Origin: Chiloscyllium plagiosum
Taxonomy: Eukaryota
Direction of reading: 5' to 3'
DNA: 36,367 nucleotides
Assembly (NCBI RefSeq): GCF_004010195.1
Contig: NC_057751.1
Location: 10,987,051 to 11,023,417 of the forward strand
The translations under genes and the position numbers were made by a program. Positions 11,660 through 23,275 of the stretch are shown piece after piece. The notes beneath the pieces were generated by a model. It searched no databases, had not been told where the DNA came from, and saw only the letters and a program-made list of their open reading frames with translations. The first letter of the stretch is position 1; the number at the start of each line of letters is the position of its first letter.

Positions 11660-14532
11660 CTGAACACAAACGGAAACATACTTTTTTTTTTAAGTGTCTT
11701 GCATAAATGCACTCAACTGCTGCTGCTTCCTTTCACGCTCACCACTTTAAAGTCACAGAAACGTGGGCATTTCAAGGTCAATTGAGGCAATGCTTATTGA
11801 GTAACACTGATCACTACAATTCAGCATCATGCAGATACACAATTCCCCACTGCAGAGAACTATCTGCACCATACCCAGAACAACTGAGCAATGTCCCATA
11901 TTAAACTCCAAAGTCCAATGTTTTGAGTGTTACAGATTGAACATAAACACAGTTCAAGTGTCTTAGTGTTTTAATTTAAACCATTAATTGTCATTTTTAA
12001 ACTCTAAGTTGTGAGCTATTCTGTTTGAAGGATCTGAAGAGTTTCTTTTTTATTAGTATCTAACTGTGTTGTTGCTTCATGAACCAGAGAGTTACAGTAA
12101 TAGGTACCACAGTGGGCAGCAGTTTGCACATTAATCCTCCAACCCAAAAGTCAAGCAACACAGTTGAGCACCTGACTACACTAAGTTTGAACTGGTGTGC
12201 ATAAAACCAATAGCACGAAATAAATGGTCAGCTGCAGCAATGTGTCATAGACAGAACGCTCATCACAGTAGAAACATGAGAGGAAAAAATTAGAGCTGAG
12301 AAATACAAAGCCATTTTGCCAGAGCTGAAGAGGGAAGTTGCTCAGTTCACATTTGTTAACGTGAATCTCAATGAATACACGAATCTGCCCAGGAGAGGGA
12401 ATGGAAGCAATCATCAATGTTGACCAGCCAGTAGCAGTCGGTGATTTCCCCAAGAATAATGATGTGGATTGCAGCATGATAACGGTTAGTTTGTCCTGAA
12501 GCAATGTGTATCCTTTCAAAGACAACCTCATCCCTGGAGTTATTACTCCAGATCTGCAATATCCCCCCGAACCGACATATACACTGTGCTCAGATCAAAG
12601 CTGATGAAGATGAATGAAAACACATGATGCAATGACAGACAGCAGCTGTGAGATAAAACATGCTCAAGAACTGTTTCATTGCTGGCAATTCCCACACCCT
12701 TTTACCTTGAATTACATGCATTAAACATTGCAAAGACTCGTCAGTTGTGAAGGGGGGCAGGTTGGAAATTTTAGGCTGTGCATGAAATTCCTGGCATTGC
12801 TTTGGCTACATCCGACAATTCCTGCATGATATTCAATTCTCTTGCAATCAACAGAACCAAACAAGACACAGAATGTGGAGCAGGCAGCTGATGCAATACA
12901 GTTTGTTCCTCGTGATCAGCCAATACAAATTTCTACCCCCAGTTCTTGGTACAATCATGTTTTCTTGTTAAAAAATGGGAGTCGCAAAAGAAAGCATACT
13001 CCTCTGATATCCCACAATATGTAGCTTGCCAGCAAACCCAGTTATCCATCTAACATGTAAAAGCGTGGATGCAATATTCTCCAGTCAGCAAGATAGAGAG
13101 GTGAAGCAGAAACGTGGAATAAAAACATGAAGCAGGGAGAACAGTTGCCCTTTCACAGAAGCATGTTAAGCAGCATTCTGTTCATGCTAAGCAACACTAG
13201 GGCTCAAAATAACTGCAAGGCTTCCCTCCCTTAAGACATAATTTTACCCAAAATTACAAACTGAATACTCAGATCAAATCAAACACAGCACAAATTGTCA
13301 CTGTTTTCCATGTGCTGCTATGTAATTAAAACAACTTGATTTCTAATTACATGTTTTTTTACATCAGAAGTGTAACTGGATTGTTTGTCCCGGTGAAATT
13401 GGACATTTGTGCGAACCATGACTAAATCCAGACAGTCACAAAGAGGTGACCGACCCAAAGAGGGCAAAGAGAAACTGGACAACTGTGATCATTCCCAATG
13501 TCAAAGACAAATTACAAAAGTAAATGATTTTACAGCAACAGGGATATGATCACATTACTAGCCACTTCGAGTTGCAGACAACTCTGGAGGGTAATATCAC
13601 AAAGACTGAGAAGCAGAGCAGCACAGCATCAGAAACAACTAACATCAGTAACCAGAGTCTCTGAAATCATTTCTGCATGAGCAAGGTATACCCCAGGCCC
13701 ATTTCTCTGTCTGAGACTACGTGTTAGAGGGTGAAATGTAAAGCCCAAAAGTCAATGCAAAGTCTAAATCAAGGGTTCAGGACAGATAATGGTATGGAAC
13801 AACCACAATTCAGTATTTAATCAGAAAATAAAGAAAAAAAACACATATTTTCATGTTTCACTCAGACAAGATACATCTTGCCTTACTTATTTTCAAATCC
13901 AGACAATTAATGTCTTATCTTTGAAATGAACTTATCCAAAAATCAAATTAGCAAATGGCCAGAAGTGAACATGCAGTGATTTCTTTCACAGTCTGAGAAT
14001 ATCTTCTGTTGAAAACCAATAGCATGCAATTTCATCTGTGGAACATGGAGATTCCTTAATAAGACACTTTTCCCAATTCTAACATATGTGTATTGTTCCA
14101 CAAAAGAAATCGCAATTCTCAAACTACCTCAAATGGAGCACTGGTAAATGATGATATTATCCAAGCAAACTCAGTGTCCAGAAGTGGGGGGAAAAATACC
14201 TGTAATGTCAAAGAAAACGTGTCCAATGACAATTGCACCACTTAAGTCATGAAATGCATGACTCGGGATCAAAAGTTGACCTTGTAATTATTTCAAGCCC
14301 AGGCTTACTCAATCTCTCTTAAATTTGTGATCATTAAGTAGGTTCGTCAAAAAAAAAGTGAAAAAATTCAGTTTACACACTTTCATGAACAAGATCACAC
14401 AGGATTTTAAAAAGCCACAGATTTAGCAGATGCAGGGGGTAGGGAGAAAAGCATGGTAGGTGGGTGTGGAGGGGGGTAGGGGGAAGAAAATTCAAGCACA
14501 TATGGTTCCGGAGATAAACTGGTTTTTATTAC

Positions 14533-14685
14533 CTTTCCCACATTTCTTTACTGTAGTTGACGGTGAGGGAGGAATCATAGGTTTTTTCAACAACTCAGCC
14601 GAACGATTTGACTCGCTCAGGAGGTAGTGCGACTTATATGTATAAGAACTGATAAGGGTTTCGGATTGGTCTTGCTCAATCAACC
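14533..14685 (-). CDS. NSD3: NSD3-specific exon inserted within PHD4 (LIEQDQSETLISSYTYKSHYLLSESNRSAELLKKPMIPPSPSTTVKKCGK); probable cassette exon
   Basis: Acceptor catgtag|, donor AAG|gtaata; 153 nt, symmetric phase 1-1; resembles human GLIVQDHSDPMFSSYAYKSHYLLNESNRAEL. Confidence 0.92.
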
Positions 14686-14892
14686 CTACATGAAACAAAT
14701 AAAACACATGAGGTGCAATGAAAAGACCCATGATTCCCTCCGAAAAAAAATCTGAAAAACATGAATTTAATCTTGAAGATTTTTTTCTCAAAAAAAGGGA
14801 AAAAAAATGCTCTAAAAAAGACTGAACTAACGCATGCTCCATTTTAAGCTGATCCATCACAGAAACTGAAGGCAGGGGGAAAGTTGTCTTAC

Positions 14893-15072
14893 CTCTTGCA
14901 CAGATAAAGCACCAGCTTACATTGACTTGGAGAGACGCGCGACTGCCTTTCTTCAAGCTGGAATGGTTGTTGCAGATGATGCTTTGGGATGAAAGGACAA
15001 GGCTGCCAGCTGCAATACAACTCTCCCCCGTGTGATAAGCCACAGGACACCGCAAACAGCGCAGCATGCGAC
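14893..15072 (-). CDS. NSD3: NSD3 exon, PHD3 and start of PHD4 (RMLRCLRCPVAYH...VNVSWCFICAR)
   Basis: Acceptor tggccag|, donor GAG|gtaaga; 180 nt, phase 1-1. Confidence 0.95.
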
Positions 15073-15639
15073 CTGGCCATATTTAAAGAAAATACAATTC
15101 TTTTTCAAAAGGACTTGCCGATTGTTTGGTGACATAGAAGAGCAATAAAACAATAAGTCTGTCCCGAGCAAATTTCACAAAGATCATCACATTGCAAGCC
15201 TGTCAACAGATACACTTAATGTCAAACACTGACTTTCAGTGTTTATTCATCAGCTAAATTTCACATCAAGTACATGCAATAGTAGACTTACAGGATTTCC
15301 AAACTATGTTGCGCTTATTTGCCCCAACTCAGAAATCATAGCCACGTATTGGCAAGTTATTTAAATAGCTTTTTGATAGATGGCTGAAGCACAGTGGGAT
15401 AAGGGGAAAAGTGAAAAGAGTCCACATGCGATCTTGCTTGCATCATGTATGGGACACGTGAACAACAATCTGGGTTGAGTGTCTCCTTCCTGACATTCCT
15501 ATCTCCTCTCACTAACCTTTACGTCAGAGGCCACTCTTGCGAATGTTGGCATATTTCAACTCCACTGTGGAGCCACTCAACCCCTGAAGCCCCTGGCACC
15601 GAACCAGTCTACCCACACTGGACCACTGTGACCAAACGT

Positions 15640-15950
15640 CCAAATCCCCCTCCCTTCCTGATAGACCCTTCACTGCACCATCACCACCCCAATCGAACGC
15701 AACTTACTTGTCAACCCATTCACCTGTTCCCTGATAACCTGTTCCATTCCTCCTCTAACTCCTCCCCTCCAGTCCCCGATCCTCACCTCACCTTTTTCTA
15801 ACTCTCCTTTCTTATCCCTCATTATTCCCTCCCCTCCAATTCTTCCCTTTCCTCTTGCCCGCTTTGCCCTCTTACCCTGTCATCCCACCCGTCTCCTCTC
15901 TCCCCTCCTTCACCCACTTCTGAATGCCCCACTCTTCTCCCCTTCCCCAG
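15640..15950. repeat. Low-complexity polypyrimidine (plus) / polypurine (NSD3 sense) tract
   Basis: About 300 bp dominated by C and T. Confidence 0.7.
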
Positions 15951-16153
15951 AGAAATCTGAAGCCCTCAACGTGAACTACTCAGCAAGCAAACAATCAGAA
16001 GACAATTCTTCACTGAGATGGCACCAGACCCCAAGTCACTTTTACAAAAATGATGCAATTTACGTTTGCTACTTGAATCACACTGGCTAGCTTGTGGTCC
16101 AATAAGAACCATTCTTACTTGATTTGGAGCTGGCATCAGGCTGATATGCTCAC

Positions 16154-16354
16154 CTTTCGTTGCTTTAGCCATTTCACAGTTGTCCACTAAACATGCCAAA
16201 CAGCAGTGCAGAGGGCAACGGAAACCTTTTCCCTCAAACTGTGCAGAAGAGTAACTCCTCAAACAGGATTCATGGTAAAATCTTCCACATGAGTTCACCG
16301 AACACCTTTTCACGACATTGTCAGACAACTTGCAAGAAAAACAGGTGTGGTTTC
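16154..16354 (-). CDS. NSD3: NSD3 exon, PHD2 and start of PHD3 (NHTCFSCK...CGRFYHESC...FRCPLHCCLAC...AKATK)
   Basis: Acceptor cccacag|, donor AAG|gtgagc; 201 nt, phase 1-1. Confidence 0.95.
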
Positions 16355-16886
16355 CTGTGGGAGGACCAGTGTACCAGAATAGAGAAATATGTAAAATAGA
16401 AGAAAAATGCCTTGAAATATTCAGCAGGTCAGACAGCTTTCACAGACACAAACATATGTTTGTATTTTGACAAATGACAACCCTACTTCAAAACTGTACT
16501 TCGTATTACAGAAATATTCCAATTCTATAGTGTGGAATTCTAATAAACTTCAATCCTTCTGACTGCAATGTCAACTTTGTCATGAAAAGCTACATGAACA
16601 ATGACACTGGATATTTTCTTCCCGAGCCACAAGACAAAATCCAAACACAATCCAACCTCAATCTCAGCTCTGCTGAGGCAATTAGGGAGTTGGTAGAGGT
16701 GGGAGCAGAGGCTACGCCCTCAAGATCCCACAAATTTATTTTCGCAATATTTTCTCAAATCTTAAACATCTCGAACCAGCTGGTCATTGAGCAACTGGAA
16801 GTGGACTGTGGTCAAATCATCTAGTGTTTAACATGTGGGCTTGTCCAGGAAGGCAGCTGAAGAACGCATTCAACATTTGTCATTAC

Positions 16887-17013
16887 CTGTAGTGCATTCC
16901 ATGCAGGTGAACTTCCCATTAGGTATCTCTGCCAATCTGAGACACTCCATGTGAAAGACTCTGCAGCACTCCCCTTCACAAGGCACGAGAGACTCGCCTG
17001 GTTTCTCACAGAC
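16887..17013 (-). CDS. NSD3: NSD3 exon, PHD1 (VCEKPGESLVPCEGECCRVFHMECL...FTCMECTT)
   Basis: Acceptor gcctcag|, donor CAG|gtaatg; 127 nt; PHD Cys/His spacing. Confidence 0.95.
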
Positions 17014-17571
17014 CTGAGGCAGCAGATGGTCCAAAAACAAAAAAAAAACAACTTCAGACAAATAACCTACATATAATTTATGATATTGTTGTTTTACTAT
17101 TTTCTAACTAACAATGAAACCCATGCCCTACCTACATTCTACTGTAAGATCAAAACTTGCTTTGTTGAGTGTTTCAAAGAATCATGGTGGAAAATACTTC
17201 AAATATCCCATGAATACTAAAGAATAGGGAGAGGAATTAACTGCCATCACCAGCACCGGACAACTATTAGTACAAACTGCTGCGGCTCAAAGCAGCCAAG
17301 TCCCCTGGTCCTGACTGGTTGCATCCTCGGATCCCAGAAGTAGTGGCGACAGGAGGTAATGGATGCATTGGCTGTAATTTTCCAAGAATCCTTGGATTCT
17401 GGAGTATTGGCAAACTGCCAATGTGTGACACCCCGATTCAACAAGGGAGGAAGGCAAAACGTGGGAACAATAGATTAATGAACCAATCATCTATTATTGG
17501 AATCAATTATTAAGGAAGCAGTAGCAACATATTTGGAAAATCATAATCTAATGGAGCAAAGTCAGCATGAC

Positions 17572-17716
17572 GATGTGCAGGTAAGGTGAATTGACCATGC
17601 TAAATTGCCTGTAGTGTTAGGTAAGGGGTAAATATAGGGGTATGGGTGGGTTTCGCTTCGGCGGGTCGGTGTGGACTTGTTGGGCCGAAGGGCCTGTTTC
17701 CACACTGTAATGTAAT
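17572..17716 (+). mobile_element. 5'-truncated HE1-like SINE inserted in the CR1, with a 6-bp target-site duplication
   Basis: Matches the 3' half of 10214..10577; catgac at 17566-17571 and 17717-17722. Confidence 0.8.
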
Positions 17717-18026
17717 CATGACTTCAAGAAAGAGAAATCGTGTCCTATTTATTTGAGTTATGATTGAAGTGTCAACGGAAATGGACAGAAGGGAACCAGA
17801 TGAATTTTATTTGGATTTCCAGAAGGCATTTGACAAGGTACCTCGTGAAAGGGTAACGCAATAAAATAGGAGACCACAGTGTTGGAGGGAGTATATTGGC
17901 CTAGGTACAGATTTCACTAATAGGCCAGAGATTGGGGATACAGGCCTCCATTTCAGGTTGGTGAACTATGACCAGTGGGACTCCACACGGATCAGTGTTT
18001 GATTGTTAACAATGTATACTGATGGC

Positions 18027-18201
18027 CAGGCAGCATCCGAGGAGCAGAAGAATTGACATTTCGGGCATAAGCCCTTCTTCAGGAATGACGGCTCAAAACG
18101 TTGATTCTCCTGCTCCTCGGATGCTGCATGGCCTGCTGTGTTTTTCCAGCACCACATTTTTCAACTCTGCTCTCCAGCATCTGCAGTCCTCACTTTCTCC
18201 T
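18027..18201. mobile_element. Palindromic PLE-derived short element with a 16-bp target-site duplication
   Basis: Inverted arms (gcagcatccgaggagca / tgctcctcggatgctgc); flanked by aatgtatactgatggc (18011-18026) and aatatatactgatggc (18202-18217). Confidence 0.8.
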
Positions 18202-18291
18202 AATATATACTGATGGCTTGGAAGAAGAAAGTGAACGTACTATAGGTAAATTTGCAGAAGACACAAGAACAAGTAGGAAGGTTGATGAAGT

Positions 18292-18428
18292 GTCTGATGA
18301 ATAGTCACCAGATTCAGAACGTGAACTCTGCTTTCCCTGCACAGATGCTGCAAAACATGCTGACTTTCACCAGCAACTTTTGTTTTCATGTCAGATCCCC
18401 AGCATCCTCAGTTCTTCATTTTAGATTA
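18292..18428 (+). mobile_element. Degenerate PLE-derived short element (family of 5798..5921)
   Basis: ctgatgaatagtcaccagattcagaacgtgaactctg...cacagatgctgc matches 5826..5890. Confidence 0.6.
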
Positions 18429-18612
18429 CAGAGAGATATGATCAGTTAACTAAGTGAGCAAAAAAACAAAACTTGTGAGAAAATGTGAACTTGTTCATTT
18501 TATTATTAGTTGACTGAAGAAAAGCTGCAGAAAGGGGCTTGATTGTACTTGTGCCACAACACAAAACAGCACATACATGGTCCCAGCAATGAAAAGCTTA
18601 ACATGAGGAACG

Positions 18613-19030
18613 TTTGAGGACTCTGGATTTCTCCTTGATGGAGTTTAGAAGGATATAGGGAGGGATCCAATTGAAACATACAGAATACTGAATGGCCTAG
18701 ACAGAGTAGATGTTGGGAAGATGTTTCCATTGGTATGAGAAATGAGGACCTGAGGGCACAGCCTGAGAGTAAAGGGAAGACCTTTTGGAACAGAGATAAG
18801 GAGAAACTTCTTCAGCCAGAGTGTGATGAATCTATGGAAATCAGAAGGCTGTGGAGGCCAGGTCATTGAGTATAGTTAAGACTAAGATAGATAGGTCCTT
18901 GAGCATCAAGGGGATCAAGGCTTGCAGGAGACAATGGGAGAATGGTGTTGAGAAACTTATAAGCCATGATTGAATGGCGGAGCAAGCTTGATGAGCTGAA
19001 TGCCTGATTTCTACTCTTGTATTTTATGTA
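18613..19030 (+). mobile_element. Second CR1 3' end nested in the CR1 relic
   Basis: Complete ORF2 tail and 3' UTR, followed by a second, distinct CR1 tail at 19035..19645. Confidence 0.75.
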
Positions 19031-19992
19031 ATCAGGAAGACTATTGGAATGCTGGCTCATGGGGCTTTGAGTACAAGAGTATGGGGGTCTTACTGCAACT
19101 GTACATGCACTCCTCAGACCACATCTGGAATAACTTCAACAGCTTTAATCCCCTCAAGGAAAATGTTATTTTGCTGGAGGCAGTTCAGAGAAGGTTCCCT
19201 TGGATGATTCCTGGTACAGAGGGATTGCCATCAGAGGAAAGGCTCAACAGGATGGGACTTGACTCATTGGAGTTCAGAAAAATAAGAGATGATCTCAGTG
19301 AAACATGCAGGATTCCAAGAGGTTTGACAGGGTGAGAGTCTCAGACCAGAGGGTCGAGTCTCAGAAAAAAGGGGCATCAATTTAAGACCGAGGTGAGGAG
19401 GGACTTTCATCTCTCAGAGGGTGTGAAGTCCTCTGGAACTCCTTGCCACAAAGATCTGCAGGAGCAAAGTCCATGTGTAAATTCAAGCCTGTGATAGATG
19501 GATTCCTATTATGTTGGGATTCAAGGGTTCCGGCGAATAAGCAGCCAAGTGGACATGACGAAGATCCCATCAACCCTGATTCAATTCAACAGAGGAACAG
19601 GCTCAAATGACTGAATAGCCTACGCCATTGTTTCTGGTCTTATAACATTGGATGATGGTAAAGTCATTTCATCATCATCACTTTCGGAATTTGTGTACAA
19701 TGAAAAGGGTTTAATGCTACAATGAACATAGTGCCAATGACTGCACACAAGTAATCTGTGGCATCACACACGCATGCAGACCCAAAGCACAGTAATGTAG
19801 GCTAGTCAACAGCTCTATATTCGCAGATTCAAGAATGAAGGTAATCAGGGACTTGTTCTGATCAGCTAATCAGATACCAATGTATTGTTTTAATTGTCAT
19901 CAAGTAATCCACAACGATTGGCAAATGAATTTCAATGAAGTAGTCCCCAATCATGGAGCAATGGTCAAGTTCTCCCCCTGCACAGCTCTCAC

Positions 19993-20121
19993 CTGACAAA
20001 TATTATCCTTCTTTGATGTTCCACTGCCACGTCTGGACAAACACGAATCCATGGATGCTTCATCGGAGACATCTGTACCTGGAGGAACTGCGGGACTATC
20101 AGCTCTCTTCTCCAAACCAAT
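19993..20121 (-). CDS. NSD3: NSD3 exon (IGLEKRADSPAVPPGTDVSDEASMDSCLSRRGSGTSKKDNICQ), start of PHD1
   Basis: Acceptor tttgtag|, donor CAG|gtgaga; 129 nt, phase 0-0. Absent from the ORF track; translated by hand. Confidence 0.92.
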
Positions 20122-20865
20122 CTACAAAGTACAGAAGAGGTTAAAAACCTCACCTAGTCAACAGAATGCTCAGAAATCTAACTGAAGGTGACTGATATTA
20201 TGCAAACCAGGTTGGAGTGGGCCAGCACGTCAGTTAGTCATCTGGAAAGTTAAGACGATCTATTCATCTTTATTGAAGTTCCACTTCAGGAGAACAGAAC
20301 AGCAGTCAGCTGTCACACCATAGAGATGATTCTGTGACCAACAGCCTGGACAACAGGTTCAACATAAAATGAGCCAAACTGTTTCTCCAAGCAAGGCCTA
20401 ATGGAATGCAAAGAAGCCAAGTCAATCACAGGTGAAGACCAAAGCCCAGACCTGTATTACACATCGAACAATGGGAGAGTTATCGTGACCCAAACTCATT
20501 AAACAGTACTGAGCCACAATAATAGAGAGAAACATTATCTCTATGTATTCCCCAGTTTCAACCAGACCCCTTGGCACTATGGAGTAATTATATCTTGGAA
20601 AGGAATGAGTACACCAAGGGTGACCTGACCTCATCTTATTGGGTACTGTGACCCCACTAGCTGAAGTCAGAGAATGTTCTGCAAGGACTCAGAAAAGGGA
20701 ATGTGAAGGAACACCTGGCAGCCACTGTGTCGGTGAAGACTCTTCCTGAAGCTCAGCTTCATACCAAAAAACCCTGAGTGCTTTGGCGACAGAGTGCAGT
20801 GAATTGAATCCAGCAGCCTACTCATGTTCACCAGAGCAGGTCATCCATGTGTTTTTCAGGCAGGC

Positions 20866-20988
20866 GAAAGTGAGGACTGCAGATGCTGGAGATTAGAGTC
20901 ACGAGTGCGGCGCTGGAAAAGCACAGCCGGTCAGGCAGCATCCAAGGAGGAGATTCGACACTTCAGGCAAAAGCCCTTCGTCAGGAAA
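20866..20988 (-). mobile_element. PLE-derived terminal repeat with a mutated hammerhead-like core
   Basis: Near match to 36190..36316; minus strand reads CTGACGAAGGGCttttGCCTGAAGTGTC. Confidence 0.75.
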
Positions 20989-21210
20989 GCCTGCTTTTCA
21001 GGAAGTCAATCAAGTTTGTGCAAACCTTTATTGCGCAAGCACTGCTTCTTCAATTTGCCATGGCTTTAACAAGAGTGTATTTGAACTGCAGGCCTTTGTT
21101 TGCGTCATCAACTAAAAGCACACGAGTTAAACAAGAGCTACAAGATGGTGGTGCCAGTACGGTACAGTGTGTTAGGGCTCCTCAGCCCGTATGCTCCAGG
21201 CTGGCCACAT

Positions 21211-21265
21211 TTTCTGTCTGTCTCTCTCTCTCTCTCTCTCTGTGTCTTTCTCTTTTCTTTTCTGT
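21211..21265. repeat. (TC)n microsatellite and pyrimidine run
   Basis: (tc)10 at 21221-21240 with imperfect flanks. Confidence 0.9.
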
Positions 21266-21529
21266 CATCTTCTGATGTCATGTTGAAGCCGGAAGGTCAT
21301 TGGCAGCCGCAATGGCAGTGCCCAGACTTTGGTGCGTCATTAGCTGCGGGGGAACTCTAGTCCGGAGCGGATCTGTAGTAGGTCCGCTGAGACCAGGTCA
21401 GCAGCAACTGGTGAGGTGGGGGAGGCCCAGCACAGACTGCTTGAAAGACTGGAATCCTTAAGTTTTTATTTGTTATTTTCTAAATTATTGCTAAGATTTT
21501 GTACCTGGGTACCTTGTACCAAAGATGGA

Positions 21530-23275
21530 ATATGGAACATTACAGCGCAGTACAGGCCCTCCGGCCCTCGATATTGCGCCAATCTGCGAAACTAATCTGA
21601 AGCCCATCTTATCTACTCTATTCCATTTTCGTCCACATGTCTATCCAATAAACATTTAAAATGCCCGTAAAGTTAGCACGTCTATTACTGTTGCAGGCAG
21701 GCCATTCCACACCACTGCTACTTTGAGTAAAGAAACTACCTCTGACATCTGTCCTATATCTATCATCCCTCAATTCAAAGCTATGTTCCCTCGTGCTAGC
21801 CATCACAATTATCTTCTATGTTTCAATTAAGTAACCTATCAACCTTCTCTCTAACAAATACTCAAGTCCCTCAACCTTTCCTCCTCAGACCTTCTCTCCA
21901 TACCAGGCAACATCCTGGTCAATCTCCTCTCAATCTTTCCAAAGCTTCCACATCCTTCCTATGATGTGGTGACCAGAACTCTAAGTGCAGCCTCACCAGA
22001 GTTTTGTACAGCTGCAGCATAACCTCACCAATAAAGGTTAACACACTTTATGCCTTCTTAACAGCCTTATCAACCTGGGTGGCAACTTTAAGTATCCATG
22101 CACATGGACACTGAGATCTGTCTGCTCAGCCACACTATCAAGAATCTTACCATTTACCCAATATTCTGCATTTCTGTTACTCCTTCCAAGGTGAATCACC
22201 TCATACTTTTCTGCATTAAACTCCATTTGCCACCTCTCAGCCCAGCTCTGCAGCTTATCTATGTCCCTCTATAACCCACACCATTTTTCAGCACAATCCA
22301 CACCGACCTTAGTGTCATCCGCAAATGTACTGACCCATCCTTCTACGCCCTCATCTAGGTAATTTATTAAAATGACAAACAGCAATGGCCCGAAAACAGA
22401 TCTGTGCGGTACACCACTTTGAACTGAATTCCAGGATGAACATTTCCCATCAACCACCACCCTCTATCTTCTTTCAGCTAGCCAATTTCTGATCAAAACT
22501 ACTAAATCACCCACAATCCAATGCGTCCATATTTTGTGCAATAGCCAACCGTGGGGAACTTTATCAAATGCCTTACTGACATCCATATACACCATATCAA
22601 CCGCTTCACCCTCATCCCCCTGTTTAGTCATCCTCTCAAAAACTCAGTAAATGATGGTGAGGCACAACCTAGTCTTCACAAAACCATGTCAACTATCCCT
22701 AATCAACTTATTCCTTTCTAGATGATTATAAATCCTATTTCTTATAACCTTTTCCAACCGTTTACTCACAACCAAAGTGAGGCTCACTCGTCTATAATTA
22801 CTTGATCAAGGGAACATCTGCTCTCCTCCAATCTTCTGGCACTATTCCTGTAAAACAATGATGACAAGGATCAAAGCCAAAGGCTCGGCAATCTTCTCCC
22901 TGGCTTCCCAGAGAATCCCAGATAAATCCCATCTGGCCCAGGGGACTTACCTGTTTTCACACTTTCCAGAATTGCTAACACCTCCTCGTAAACCTCAATC
23001 CCATCTCATCCAGTAGACCAGTATCTCAGTATTCTCCTCAAAACATTGCCACTTTGTGTGAATACTGATGCAAAATATTCACTTAATGCTTCCCTCCTCT
23101 GACTCCATGCACAACTTCTCACTACTATCCTTGATTAGCCCTAATCTTTCTCTGGTTTATTCTTGATATACTGATAGAAAGCCTTAGGGTTTTCCTTGAT
23201 ACTATCCGCAAACGACTTCTCATGTCCCCTCTTGGCTCCTCTTCGCGCTCTCTTTAGATCATGCAAAGAACGAGA
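21530..23275 (-). mobile_element. CR1 LINE relic (RT domain to 3' UTR, with internal deletions)
   Basis: Minus-strand ORFs: SGVPHRSVFGPLLFVILINYLDEG...FADDTKV, MEFNAEKYEVIHLGR, IKENPKAFYQYIK, RGSFFTQ. Confidence 0.88.

Larger units (their letters stand above)
17185..19645 (+). mobile_element. Degenerate CR1 LINE (RT region to 3' UTR) interrupted by several younger insertions
   Basis: Remnants of SQHGF, LDFQKAFDKVP and FADDT-like motifs; ORF 19000..19335 (LEAVQRRF...ERLNRMGL.SLEFR). Boundaries approximate. Confidence 0.75.

Noticed and set aside
20380..20860. Possible solo LTR
   Set aside because: No second copy, clear TG...CA ends or target duplication could be established.
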